From: a virus
Length of the DNA: 64,000 nt
IMG/VR virus record: IMGVR_UViG_3300020193_000007
Coordinates: 19,538-83,537 of that record
Reading direction: 5' to 3' (one strand)
Part shown: positions 8,517 to 20,345 of the stretch, one piece after another
Layout of the letters: every line of letters begins with the position of its first letter
Numbering within the stretch: the first letter of the stretch is position 1
Position numbers and translations under genes: made by a program
Notes under the pieces: model-generated
What the model saw: only the letters and a program-made list of their open reading frames with translations
What the model was told of the DNA's origin: nothing
The model's database searches: none

Positions 8517-10985
8517 TTAAATTATCCTTGCACCAAGCTTATACCAATAAAGTATTGGAGTGGAATTTGATAGTTTATTTTTTTGCATTACTGCCTTGAG
8601 TATAATAGAATTTATTGGATTTGGAACATCTGGTTCATTATAGTAGGCTATTTGAGGTATTGTTAAATTATCGCTTAAATTTTGATTAAATGCCAGTATT
8701 TCGGGTACTCCCTCAAAGCTTCTTCCAATTGGAGATATTTTAATCCACTTGCTTCCCCCATCTACGCTTATGTAATATTTTATGGAGGCTTCCCCAAACT
8801 TGGTCTGCGGAATATATTCTGAAACCTCTAAACTTAATAGCTCCAATTGACCGTCAATAAAAAATGGTTTTGAAATTATTTCCGCATTGTCTCTGTAGGA
8901 TTCTTTGCCAATTGAAATATCTCTTATTCCGATGCTTGCTCTTTTTGCTTTAAGGTATTCAAAATTTCTTACAAGATTTAAAAATACCTTTTTATCTTTG
9001 ACTATTGGATTTGTATTCGTTTCAACAGACATATTTGATGAAAGCGGAATATCTATAACCTTGAGGCATACTCCAAAGTTTTTTTCTATATCAGTTAAGG
9101 GGATTGGAGGAGGTGCGGGGAACTGTAAGGTTTGATAAATTCCTACCCTAAATTGTGTTGGACTGTCTACATGTGCAACTCTAAATGTTGCCAATATATC
9201 CAGATCATCACCCCATCTATCTCTAATATAGACTTTAGAATTTACAGATAAGCCATGATTATTGACTGTTGTTATTATTAATGTTGAAGAGTTTGAATCC
9301 TCTTGTACTGTCTTCATTTTTATTCTAAGATTTTCTAATTGTTTTCCTACATCTATGGTTGGATCAACCAACACACATGCTGTGGACGGAATACCATCGA
9401 CGATTCTTTTTATGGTGGCGTCCATAGACCCTTTTTCTGCATACCAATTTGCTTTATCCCTAGTGGAAAATAGATCAATATTTAAATTACTATCTTTTTT
9501 GTACCAATAAAACGATTCTTTTCCAGAAGTCAATTTTATTTGATATTTTGAACTGCCCGTAGTAGATTCTTTTTCTGTTATCACCACTTGTTTTTGATTA
9601 TTGGCAGAACTTTTATGTACCGATAAATTATCAATGGGTGGAATAACAAGGTTTTTGTCCCAAATGGATTCATTTTTGTGTGTAGAAATTAGGGATAATG
9701 GATTAAATCTTGTTTGGTTTTTCCATTTTTGCGAAGAGCCAACCTCATATGGTGTCCAATATGCGTGTTTGATTGTTGTGTTGTTAAATTCGCTTTGTTC
9801 CAATGTAATATATATTTTATTAACTTTTATTTCATCAAAATTTACAATTCCTTTGTTATAAAAAAAGTTTTTATAATTCTGGATTGTCTTTAAAGCGATG
9901 TCGGAACCAATCACAATCGGCTCATTTTTTATCAACTCGTAAGTTTTATTGTTAGTTTCATCCAAGAGTAAAATTGATGTTACTTTTATATTTTTTATTA
10001 GAGCATTTGCGCCTTGCGTGTCATAGCCAAAAAATGGGAGTATAGATATTGTATTGACGTATTCTCCAGATTTTGAAGAGCTAGTGAACTCAATTGTTAG
10101 ACTCAGCGGCTTTGAAGTATCAAATGCGGCCCAATTAATGTATTTGCCACCGCTTCCCATGCACTGAAACTCATACTCGGGCCTATCCTGCTCGGAGCCG
10201 GAAGGTATCAATGGATTTACAACCTCAAGTCGAATAGCTTCATACTCAAAATAGGTAGCAGCACTTTTGTCAAGCATTGAATTTTCATTTGATCTAAGTA
10301 TTGATGAGTCCTTCTCATATAAAAAGGGATTATTTTTTCCGTCATTTTCAAAAATAAAATGATTTCCCCTTAAACCATTTGATGTCTTTACAAATTTTAC
10401 TTCACTTGAAATTGAGTCATTATAATTTTGATTTACAATTCTGACCTTGGCATTCCATCTGCTGGAGTTCGTTCTCGCAAGAGAAGCGTAGCCATCTGAA
10501 ACATCGGGAACATATCCGGGAGTAATTTTAGAGGATTCAACCATCGACAAATCATTAAAAGAATCGCCGAAGTATTTAATATTAATAGAAGTACCCTTGG
10601 AATAAATTTCTAAAACATCTATCTTGGATCTTACTCTGGTTAAAAATGATTTTTCAGATTCTATTTTATTAGAAAAAAGATTAAAAGTATTAACATAATT
10701 TGCAGATAATGTATCAAATTGATTTGTAACAATATTTAGATCATTGGACAAATTAGATACAAATTCATTGAACATTTCAGAACTTGGAATATCACCCCTG
10801 TGTAAAGTCAGTGGCTTTGACATTACGCCACCTATATTTTTGTTTATTTCCTGCAGCAGTTTTTGATATGCCTTGTCATAATCTTTTGGTGATACGTTTT
10901 TGAGATTAGAATAATCTTCAATAAATTTTTGAACCTTAGATATTATTTGGGCATACGCTAGTGTGTCTGTAGATAATTGAGCCAT
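8517..10985 (-). CDS. putative virion structural protein (822 aa)
   Basis: same architecture as neighbours (IGIRDISI, IISKP, SIKYYIS..WIKISP); tight operon packing. Confidence 0.6.
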   Translation of the reverse strand: MAQLSTDTLAYAQIISKVQKFIEDYSNLKNVSPKDYDKAYQKLLQEINKNIGGVMSKPLTLHRGDIPSSEMFNEFVSNLSNDLNIVTNQFDTLSANYVNTFNLFSNKIESEKSFLTRVRSKIDVLEIYSKGTSINIKYFGDSFNDLSMVESSKITPGYVPDVSDGYASLARTNSSRWNAKVRIVNQNYNDSISSEVKFVKTSNGLRGNHFIFENDGKNNPFLYEKDSSILRSNENSMLDKSAATYFEYEAIRLEVVNPLIPSGSEQDRPEYEFQCMGSGGKYINWAAFDTSKPLSLTIEFTSSSKSGEYVNTISILPFFGYDTQGANALIKNIKVTSILLLDETNNKTYELIKNEPIVIGSDIALKTIQNYKNFFYNKGIVNFDEIKVNKIYITLEQSEFNNTTIKHAYWTPYEVGSSQKWKNQTRFNPLSLISTHKNESIWDKNLVIPPIDNLSVHKSSANNQKQVVITEKESTTGSSKYQIKLTSGKESFYWYKKDSNLNIDLFSTRDKANWYAEKGSMDATIKRIVDGIPSTACVLVDPTIDVGKQLENLRIKMKTVQEDSNSSTLIITTVNNHGLSVNSKVYIRDRWGDDLDILATFRVAHVDSPTQFRVGIYQTLQFPAPPPIPLTDIEKNFGVCLKVIDIPLSSNMSVETNTNPIVKDKKVFLNLVRNFEYLKAKRASIGIRDISIGKESYRDNAEIISKPFFIDGQLELLSLEVSEYIPQTKFGEASIKYYISVDGGSKWIKISPIGRSFEGVPEILAFNQNLSDNLTIPQIAYYNEPDVPNPINSIILKAVMQKNKLSNSTPILYWYKLGARII

Positions 10986-10994
10986 GTCTAATCC

Positions 10995-13686
10995 TTATAT
11001 GAATTTCTTTTTATATTTATTATCATACTTAAGAAAATTATTATTTATTGCAATGTCCTTGTCAAGAGAGAATTTAAATAGAAGTCTGTCGATTGAATAG
11101 TTTTCGTCCCCCTTATTGATGCTTCTTAAAATTATCCTATATCTAAAAATATTGGGTATATATTGATAGAAAACCCTAAACGATTTGTCAATAAATTTAT
11201 TAAATAAAATTGTTTGCTCAGAATGAACAAAAAGTGTAGATTCATACGAATAAAAATTCGGAACCTGTGAGCTGGATAGGATGTAATTTGTCAGATTAAT
11301 TGCATTAGATCCATCTTCAAAAATTATTTTGACTGGAGAATAGCCTGAGTAATCAAAACTGCCAAAAGAACTTTTACTTGTAGTTACCGTTCCATTAATT
11401 GATGAATAAACTGCATTGACTAATTTTTCCTGACTTATATATGGTGCGTAGGCTAGTTTGCATGTTTTGTCTAAATTTGTTTTTTCAAACCTTTCACCAT
11501 TTAAGCCGTTAAAAGATGCGTTTACCAAAACTGGATTAGCCGAGGATTTAGAAAATAAAGATATCTCTTTGTGATTATCAATATTTTCCGGAATATACGA
11601 AACATGATATTTTTTATTTGCATTGTGATTTAATATTTGAATATTTTTTCCGTTTATATTATAAGATCCAAAAACAATCTCTGTTGAATCTCCATATAAC
11701 CTAAGAGACTCTTGCCTCGGCAAAAACCTTAAGGATGCTTCCCCCCTAAGGTTTGGGAACAATACTTCTCCTCTGATAAATGTGTCTTGATACGGAATTA
11801 TTGGCAGCCAATCTTCCTCAAAAATCGGATTATCTTTTATTGATACACTAAATTCAACTCCCGTATTATCAAATTGAGGATTATTTTCCAAATAATTTAG
11901 CTCATTAAAGTACTCTGCATACATTTTTGTTTTCATTGGAAGGCCTTCAGTCGGTATTTTTTTGCTCACAAAAAAAGACCTATTCGAAAGGGCGGATGTA
12001 GAAAAGTTTGAAGTGCTCATGGTCGTAAACTCGTTACCTTTTGAAAAGAATGATATATTTTTTATTGAAAAAACGTATTCATACATTCCTGCGTCTTCAA
12101 CATTGTCAAAAAATTCAGAAGATCTCATTGCGCTAACATGGTCGATGGAATTTTCAAGGAAGTGACTATTGTTTTCTGGCTTATTTGAATCAGATAATGG
12201 TATTATTCCTCCAGATTCATATTTGTAGACACCTTTAACTAAGTCTGTTAAATTTGATTCTATATAAGCTCTACTCACCATGGAGCGTAATTTTGATCCA
12301 AGAGAATAGGATACTATTGAAAACACTATATTTGACAATATAGTTGTATTTTTAAACTGATTTAAATCATCAATGTCTGAAAAGAATTTTTTGTTCTTAA
12401 ATTGCTCCATCACGCCAACATTAAAATCTTCATAATCTTTAGGATAATAATCTGTATAATCATAATAATATAATTTTTTATTTCTAGTTATATAATCAGC
12501 TGCAAAATCTTTTAAGAAATATTTAATTATCAAATCCTGTAATTTATCATGACTCTTTTTTCTTGAAGATCTTATTGCCGCAGAAATTTGATTAACCATT
12601 TTTCCATTTATTTCTGATTGAATTGGGGTTATTTTTGTCCTTAAGTAGTTACTTTGCCCAAAAAATAAAACAAGACTTTTTACAGGTTCATTTCCAGATA
12701 ATTCTATGTCTACACTATTTTTAATTCTTAAAGAATTAGGAAGTAATTTATACTTACCTGAACTAGTAGACGAAAGTGTATTTGATGAAGTAGTATTCGT
12801 AGATTGTACAAATATTTGCAAAAGGTCAAGATCATCACTTATATTTGGTGTAATGCGTATTCTGGCAATATCTTTTATTGTTTTAAATTTAATTTCAATA
12901 CCTATTTGAGCTGATGGACTAATTGCATTTTCTAAATTAAAACTTGAAAAAATACTTTGATCAAATATGTTTTCTTGAATTACCATAGGCGATTTAACTG
13001 TTAGATTCCAAACATGATTTGAAGAGGAATTCAATACTTTTTCTATTCCGAGTATTGCTAGATATATACTCTTCTGAAAAATTCCTGTAATAAGTGATGC
13101 TTTCAATTTCGTTAATGTCTAAATTAATTAATTTTTTCTCATAATTTTCAGAATATTTTAAGGTTCCACTAAAAGAATCTACAAAACAATTCTCCCTTTG
13201 CCCAAAAGGAACTCCAGATCTATCCGGAATAATGTGCATGGCGTCTGAGTATATTTGGGAATTGGAATCATTATCAAAATTTTCTACAAAAGTATGATCA
13301 TACAAGTCTTCTTCTCCGGAAAGAAAACTCCATTTATCTATATAAGATTCAAGATAGGAAATATCTTTTTCTAATTTTTGAATTTCTCCAGAGAAAATAG
13401 AAGACATGGAAGATGTAAGTATCGATAATGTTCTTGAAATATCGTAGGTTGATTTAATTCTTAAATCGATATCTCTGAATAAGTCAATCATTGGTTCTTT
13501 TTGTATAACACTTAAGGAGTTAATCAAGCTTGGAATATAGCTTGCCGCACTAGAAAATGATCCTATTTTATTTAAAAGATTCCCTATTTGCGCCTTTTCA
13601 ACAACGGATTCGGACAAAATTTCACTAACGGTCCTTCTTGATTGTCTATTGAAAGAGGATATGTTTTCGCTTAATTGAGTCAACAT
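10995..13686 (-). CDS. putative virion structural protein, about 896 aa; one gene joined by one CGG-N +1 event
   Basis: ORFs 12994..13686 and 10995..13106 join at ACT-CGGA (13047-13050), giving SSNT[G]IEKVLNSS; (2692-1)/3=897 codons. Confidence 0.75.
13047..13050 (-). other. CGGA +1/quadruplet site (ACT CGGA ATA)
   Basis: first in-frame CGG of the gene; a +1 shift enters the 703-aa ORF frame. Confidence 0.8.
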
Positions 13687-16600
13687 TATACTGTATTCCA
13701 GTCGTTTCCGTCCATGTCCTGAATATCAAACGCGATACCGGCAGTTAAGTTCGATCTTACTATATTATAAACTTCTTCTTTGGAAATAAAATTGTCTTTC
13801 ACTTCTTTGGGTATTTTAATTATAACATATCCACCATTGGGATATAGGTAGCCTTTACCAGAATAAAGATCAGAAAAGTTTAATATATTTGGTTTTTGGT
13901 CCAATAATTTAGTTGTGTTCTCAAGCGGTTTTACGCCGCCACCTTTTAGTCTTAAATCTCTTATATTGATTTGGTCAAAAGTAAATTTTTTATTCGTAGA
14001 TACAGTACCAATATGAAGCGCAAGAGGATCGTAGGAAACTTTTCTTGAATTAAACAAAGAATAATCGTAGGTAAAATTTAAAAAATTTGTTGGTTTTATA
14101 AATTGCTTTATTTCAAAATATTCACCATTTTCTATATACTCCACCCTACATGGAAGTATGTAAAAATGAGTTGGAATATCAGTCCTAATCGCGCCATTAA
14201 GGATCTCAATTTTGTCTCCGATATTGCTTTGACATGTTTGCCATAAACGGATTGCTAAGAATTTGTTTTTTATTTATACTATATACCATTATATTGGGAT
14301 TCTTAACCACATAGCTTACCATTATATTTTTAGGATTAGACGGAACTATTTCGTTGTCAAAATAAATCAATCCCAAATGTTTATTATAATTCTTGATTTG
14401 ATCATCACCAACTTCTTGCCATTGATTGTTGGAATCTTTTATTTTTATGTCAACCCAACATTCAATTGATCCGGCATCTGTGTAGTAGGTGTTTATATTT
14501 GGCTTGTTGGTCAATTCTTGAGTAACATGAAATGAACCATGCCTTAGTTTTATCTCATTTCTTGATACAACAATAGGATTCTCATCTAAGATATCATAAT
14601 AACCAGATCCAAATATTCCTGAAGAGGGTATTGGTATATTGGTAGTATCGTAAAAGCACCTTACGGTTTGCCCTTTATAGTCTTTTCTCCAATCAGTATA
14701 TATTCCGTTGGTTGGTATGTTAATTTTTTTATAAAATCTACCTCTGCTCAGGTTTATAAACCAATTGTCAAATTTAGTTAGATCCTTGGGTGGGTTGGAG
14801 ATTGCGATTTTAGACCTGTCGCTTAACCTGACCGAATATATAGGGCAAACCATCTTTGCCGGAAATTGAAACTCTCTCAACGTACCTGTTCTATTTTCTA
14901 TTCCAATAATATTCTCAGTGGTTATGGATTCTTTGTCTGCGTCATAGGCAATCAAACCTATGTATATATCCCTCTTATTTTTCATATAATATTGATAAGT
15001 ATACTTTTTACCTAAAAACTGTCTGGTTTTTATATTGTAGAAACCCCACTGTAATCCGTCAGGTGCGGGCAGCGAGCTTCCATTTGAGTCTTTTAAATCC
15101 CATTTTAAGATTGTATTACCAAAAGAAACATCTACTGTTGTCTTCGTTGATGCATCTAGCGGTTGAATAAACTTGGAATAATTTGGTATCCCTATTGGAT
15201 TTCCCAAACTATCTGTCAAAACAACAACTCCATCCTTGACATTAATTGATCTCTTTTTATCTTGCTTGCTATTCAAACCATTTACGTCTGCATCGGCAAC
15301 ATAATAATTTGAAACATCATATTCTTCTGAAAACTCTTGAGAATCTACCTGCACACCGTTTGTGGTAACAACCTGATATATAGGTGCCATATTTTTTAAT
15401 ACACTAAATTGTGAATTAACATCTGATGAACTAAGTGTTACCGTACCGGTGGGCCCGCCCGTACGATCAACCGAAGTTATGCTCGGATTTATTCCAGAAA
15501 AACCAGTTGTTTGCGAAGGGGGTTCTATTGTATATGTCACTCCATCTCTGATGAAAACAATATCACTATTCTTAAAACCAGTCGATGGAGTATAAATTGA
15601 TGGATCATTTAAAGTATGCGTAAAATCTACAGTTACAGGCTTTCCTTCTGCGTCCAAAATTACTTTTCCATCTTTATCTACTGCGTTTGCCCTTATATTC
15701 AATGAAGTTAAGCTAATAGAATTTATTGTAGAACCCGGATATGCGTTGGCATCGGCGGCTGAAGCCAATTTAAAAACTCCAAAATCACCAGAGGTAATAT
15801 TTGTTTCTCCGGTGATTGAACCTGATGCGGTTGCAGTAAATTTAAAATTGCCACTTTCTGTTTGAGGTGGACTTCCACTTTTACCCGGAACTGGAGTGGC
15901 AATCCTGAAACTAACATCTTTAATGGAAAACCCTTCGGCGTGGGGGCCGTAGGTTTCCTTATCTTGATTTGTCAAAGATTCCCCGACAACCTCTAACATA
16001 ACATATTTTATGTTCCTATTATTTGCATCTGGGACGTTTATGGAAAATTTTTCATTTGGCGAAATCAACCTGTCAATTACAAAAGTATTTTGTGGTTTCG
16101 CCCTAGTCGCACCTTCATTGAATTCTGGAACTCTTTGCTCCCCAAGCCCAAGATCGTCTTCATACATCCAAACTTTTCTGACCCTAACCGGCCAACTGCC
16201 CGAAGTGATGTTGATTGCCGATATCGTTTGCCAGTCCATTTTTTCTCCAGATTGTTTTTCAACTTCTGGAATTTCCAAAACAATATGATCAACCACCGTC
16301 GTTGGACCGGGCACTCCGGTATAGCTTATCCTTCTATATTCGGTAGATTCAGATCCGTCATAGGCACTTTGGATATCGGAATACAAGACTGCAGCTGCTA
16401 TAAACTTTATTGCGTCCTTTGGTGCCCCATTTAATTGCGACTGATATTTTGATCTGTCATATTTGTATAGATTAAGCCAGTATAATCCCAAAATTGATTT
16501 AGTTTCAGAATCAACTATTGAATCTATTTTGTTTAATTTTTTCTTCGACTGAAATTGTCTAACTGCGTCTGCCGTTTTTGCATCATATACTCCATTCAAC

Positions 16601-19600
16601 GTAATGGCAATATTATTTTTAGAAAGAGTATATTGAACATACAATATGTAGCTTGTTGACATCCCTAACTTTGATTTGCCTGGAGTCGTGGTTCGAGCTC
16701 CACCGCCGCCACCTCCGCCGCCGCCGCCTTTCTCAGAGCCAGTAATACGACCACCGCCACCGCCACCTGGGGATTGGATAACTGGTTCATAAATTTGATA
16801 CACATTTAAAAATCTATTAAATAATATATCAAATATGGCTATGCCAGTTGTGTCGTCGGGTAAAGAGCCGTAGTATTCCTGTAGTAGAGCCCAGCAATGT
16901 AGAAATTGCTCCTGAAAAGATTTTAGATATCTTAATCAGGCGCTCACCGACCCGTCGGTAATGGTATTCTCAAAAAGTTGTCAGTTGATTCGTATGTCTT
17001 ATGTATTATGTCAATTTTCTGCTGAAGAGTAAGGGTTACCCCTAAATTTTTGACATGAAGCGTTGTAGTCAAGTTGTTTAATTTTGATTCCCAAATCAAA
17101 AACATATCCTCAAGTGTTTTGAACTCACTACGCTTACCGCCATAACCCTGAGCTGAATCGTAAAACCACCAAATCTTATCCTGATTCTGGACTTTTTTCC
17201 AAGAGTACAGTCCATTTTTTTTTGTTTTTCCGAGCTATTATGCCCTTGTTTGCAGTCGATTTCGCAATATTTGGAAAAAGAACTGTATTGTATACCTTTG
17301 CGTTATTACCACTGCTATCGTCAGACATCATCACCTGGGCCGTATCTACGCCGCCAGCAACGCCGCCACCCCCACCGCCGGGATTGGGCGACGGAGAATA
17401 GTCCTTATCTGAACCAACAGCTTTGCCAATCATATACTCATCCCAATAGCGTGTTATCGGAAGATCATTTGTGTAATGAAAATTGTTTCTTGTGTGTGAT
17501 ATGTTGTCAAATTTTCTATACAAAATGTCAGTGACCGAAAAAACATTTGTTGGATACCTGTATAAATGAAAAGGTGATTCCCTATTTTGGACTGGTATCT
17601 GCTGATACTTGGTATCATCATAAGCTCCGTAATCTGCAGCAGATCGTCCTTCCGCGATTTCCGCAATCGCATTTTTAGTAGTAACGGTTACGCCGCTTGA
17701 TTCTCCATCAAGGGCCAAAGTAAAAGGACTTGACCAATTTACCTCGTAGCTAAACCTATTCGTTGTAACTTTTGTAACAAAAATCTGTGTTTTAAACTTA
17801 TAGTCATAGTCTCTAACGAATTGACTTCCTGGTAAATATTCTCTTGGTGTTTTAATAACTGAATTTACCTGAGCCAAATAGTCTGAATAGTCCAAGACTA
17901 TATGGGGATAATAAATCGAATCAAGATCAAACTGTCTGGAGTAGACAATCGAGTATGCATCCACGGACAAGCCTGATCCTGCAAGTTTGTTTTTTGCAGC
18001 ACTTGAAATTTGATGTATGCTGTAGGAAGTTTTTACATTTGCAAAAATGTAATTGCTGTTATCTATTTTATCAAAGTTGAGAAATTTGACGTTATCATTT
18101 GTACACTCTATATAAAAGTCGACGTTGCTAAAGTCGGGATTTATCATCGTCGCCGCATCCACCTCATTTGAGGTTGCTTCAAAATCCTGTATCAAAAGTT
18201 CCCCTATGGAACTGTTAATTTCTCGACAAAAAAAGTTTTTCATTACCTGAAGAGTAATGCCATCCTGCGGGGGCATTGATTCTGGCATTTTCATTCCGAA
18301 CTTAAAAGCCTTTTTTTCATCATCAAACAGGACGGTAACGTCACCTTTTTCATCTGGTCTTGCATTAATTGTCCATGAGTTTCTCCAAGGAGAAATATTC
18401 CAAACTATAACAGAATCCTCAGAATATTGCTGCCTACTGTTTACCTTGTTTTTGTTTGACTCACAAATTATATTGTAAAACATTTTGTTTGGACCTATGA
18501 CTGCCTCACTCAAAGATCCTGTTTGACTACCAGCTACTCCGACTGGAAATTTGTTTGTTGATCCATTATTTTTCCCGGAAACAAGAAGTCCACCCCCACC
18601 ATAATTATCATTTATAAATGTTAGGAATGAATTAAGGCAAAAAATCGAAAATGCAGAAAATTCAGAGGCAGAATTATACTTATCCCTTAGTATTGTAGAG
18701 TACTTATTGTTTCCATCTTGTAAATAGGATATAGATCTTGCTGAACCATCTGAACTTTCCGGACTTCCATTGAATGCTCTTATTTTGTAAATTGAATTAT
18801 TAGAGAGAATGTTTTTTCTATCTCCAAATATACCAAAATTACCTATCGAAGATTCATTATATTCAGCCATGTCCCAGGCGTTGAATGATTCATCTCCATT
18901 CACGTACTCATCGACAATTTTAATTAAACCGGTGTTGTTTTCTATTGACGAAAGGGTAAAATCAAAATTACTGAGACCAGAAGCGGTAAGGCTAGCCTGA
19001 TCAAGATTTGAGCAGTCAATGAATATCGAAACCCCGTTGGATAACAGTAGATCAATTGTTCTTTTTTGATGTTCATTTATTTGCTTATTCGGACTCCAAA
19101 TTAAAAAATCATAAGAGAATACGTCTAAATCACTAACGTTTGTTGTCGGAGAAAAAATAGTGTCTATGTTTAATGCCCAATACAGTCTTTCGTTTTTCTT
19201 TGATCCTATATTGGCTAATGGATTTTCAAACAAGAAATTTTGTTGATTGATTACAGACTCCTCCAAGTTTGCAAAAACATATGGATTTTCTATATTTTCT
19301 ATCAATCCAGAATACAGAACGGCCACATTTAATCTTGCCCTCTCTGCACTTTCGTGAATATCTTTGTTCTTGCTGAAGTTGTAGTTAATTTTTGCCAACA
19401 ATCTCCAATTGAAGTTTTGAAATGTTCTAGGATCTTGTATGGCTTTTTTGGGAGTTACAATTTTCCATCCATCATCATTTGTTTTGTTTTTCAATAGCTT
19501 ATTTTCTTTATGTGCAAACATTTGCGTTGAATAAACTCTTTTGTTAATCGAGCTAGGATCGATGACTTCTGACTCTTCTACGACATAAGTGTATGCCGGA

Positions 19601-20343
19601 ACAGCGTTAATGTACTCCCTATAGTTTAAAAACTGATTGTATGGTATCCCACTTGAATTCTTTTCGTATTTGTCATAAATTAAATATAGATTTACTGGAT
19701 CTGGCGAATCCATCAAGACAATTATTTTATAAAAATCTAATGAAGAATTTTTTATTATGTTTGGATATTTTTCTATATGAATTCTATATTTAGGCTCGCC
19801 ATACTCGTCTGCATATTTGTTTCCAGAATCATCAACTACCCTAATGTTATACCTATCTGGATCGTTAACTGCCGGAGACGTTTCGATTCCCGTATATGCT
19901 GAACCAGTTCCTGCCAGTATTGTATAAAATCTACTAACGTATACGCTGTGTGCAAACTTCAGATCTTCAAAGTTTGAAGCGTTGGTGAAATTGTATGGTT
20001 GTTTAACTTGTTCAGTTTTATTAATAATTAAATTGCTAATAGATACTTCTGAATTTTTTACAATTGGAGAATGTTTTGATTGATGTAATTCTGAATTGTT
20101 TTTTAAATATCTTAAAACCCCAAACTCATCTGCATACATTGAAAAGTCATCGTTTAAGGCTCTTATCTGACTGCCGTTTTCCGGTATTGTATTTGAAAGA
20201 TCTAACACGGAAAGAAAGTTTTCTGGCGTGACCTCATCTGCACTATACCACCCAAGATTAACCGAATCTACCGGCAGTGAATCACCCCTTTTAATTGATG
20301 GCTCTACCTGGTCAAGGGGCAGGAGTTTGCTAAAGGATTTCAT
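13686..20343 (-). CDS. large virion/baseplate-associated protein with a peptidoglycan-binding domain and poly-Gly linkers, about 2217 aa; joined by four CGG-N events
   Basis: ORFs 17176..20343, 14206..16803 and 13686..14144 are linked without stops via sites 17229, 16946, 16867 and 14217; (6658-4)/3=2218 codons; YVQYTL...NGVYDAKTADAVRQFQ...DSIVDSET is PG_binding_1-like. Confidence 0.7.
14217..14220 (-). other. CGGA +1/quadruplet site (TAT CGGA GAC)
   Basis: in-frame CGG four codons before TGA; the +1 frame is open into 13686..14144. Confidence 0.75.
16867..16870 (-). other. CGGC +1/quadruplet site (CTA CGGC TCT)
   Basis: reached only after the 16946 shift; +1 enters the frame of 14206..16803. 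Confidence 0.65.
16946..16949 (-). other. CGGT +1/quadruplet site (GGT CGGT GAG; CGG-TGA if read as triplets)
   Basis: ends a 94-codon open stretch; the +1 frame is open for 26 codons to the next CGG. Confidence 0.65.
17229..17232 (-). other. CGGA +1/quadruplet site (GCT CGGA AAA)
   Basis: only in-frame CGG in the 1055-aa ORF; the +1 frame is open for 94 codons. Confidence 0.8.
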
Positions 20344-20345
20344 TT

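Noticed and set aside
16803-17176. Intron, ncRNA or tRNA in the apparent gaps (also 24570-24810 and 55159-55336)
   Set aside because: The gaps are fully coding once CGG-N is applied; no tRNA cloverleaf or intron core is seen.
16690-17390. ccgccg/ccacc runs as DNA repeats or a CRISPR-like array
   Set aside because: They simply encode poly-Gly linkers; there is no repeat-spacer periodicity.
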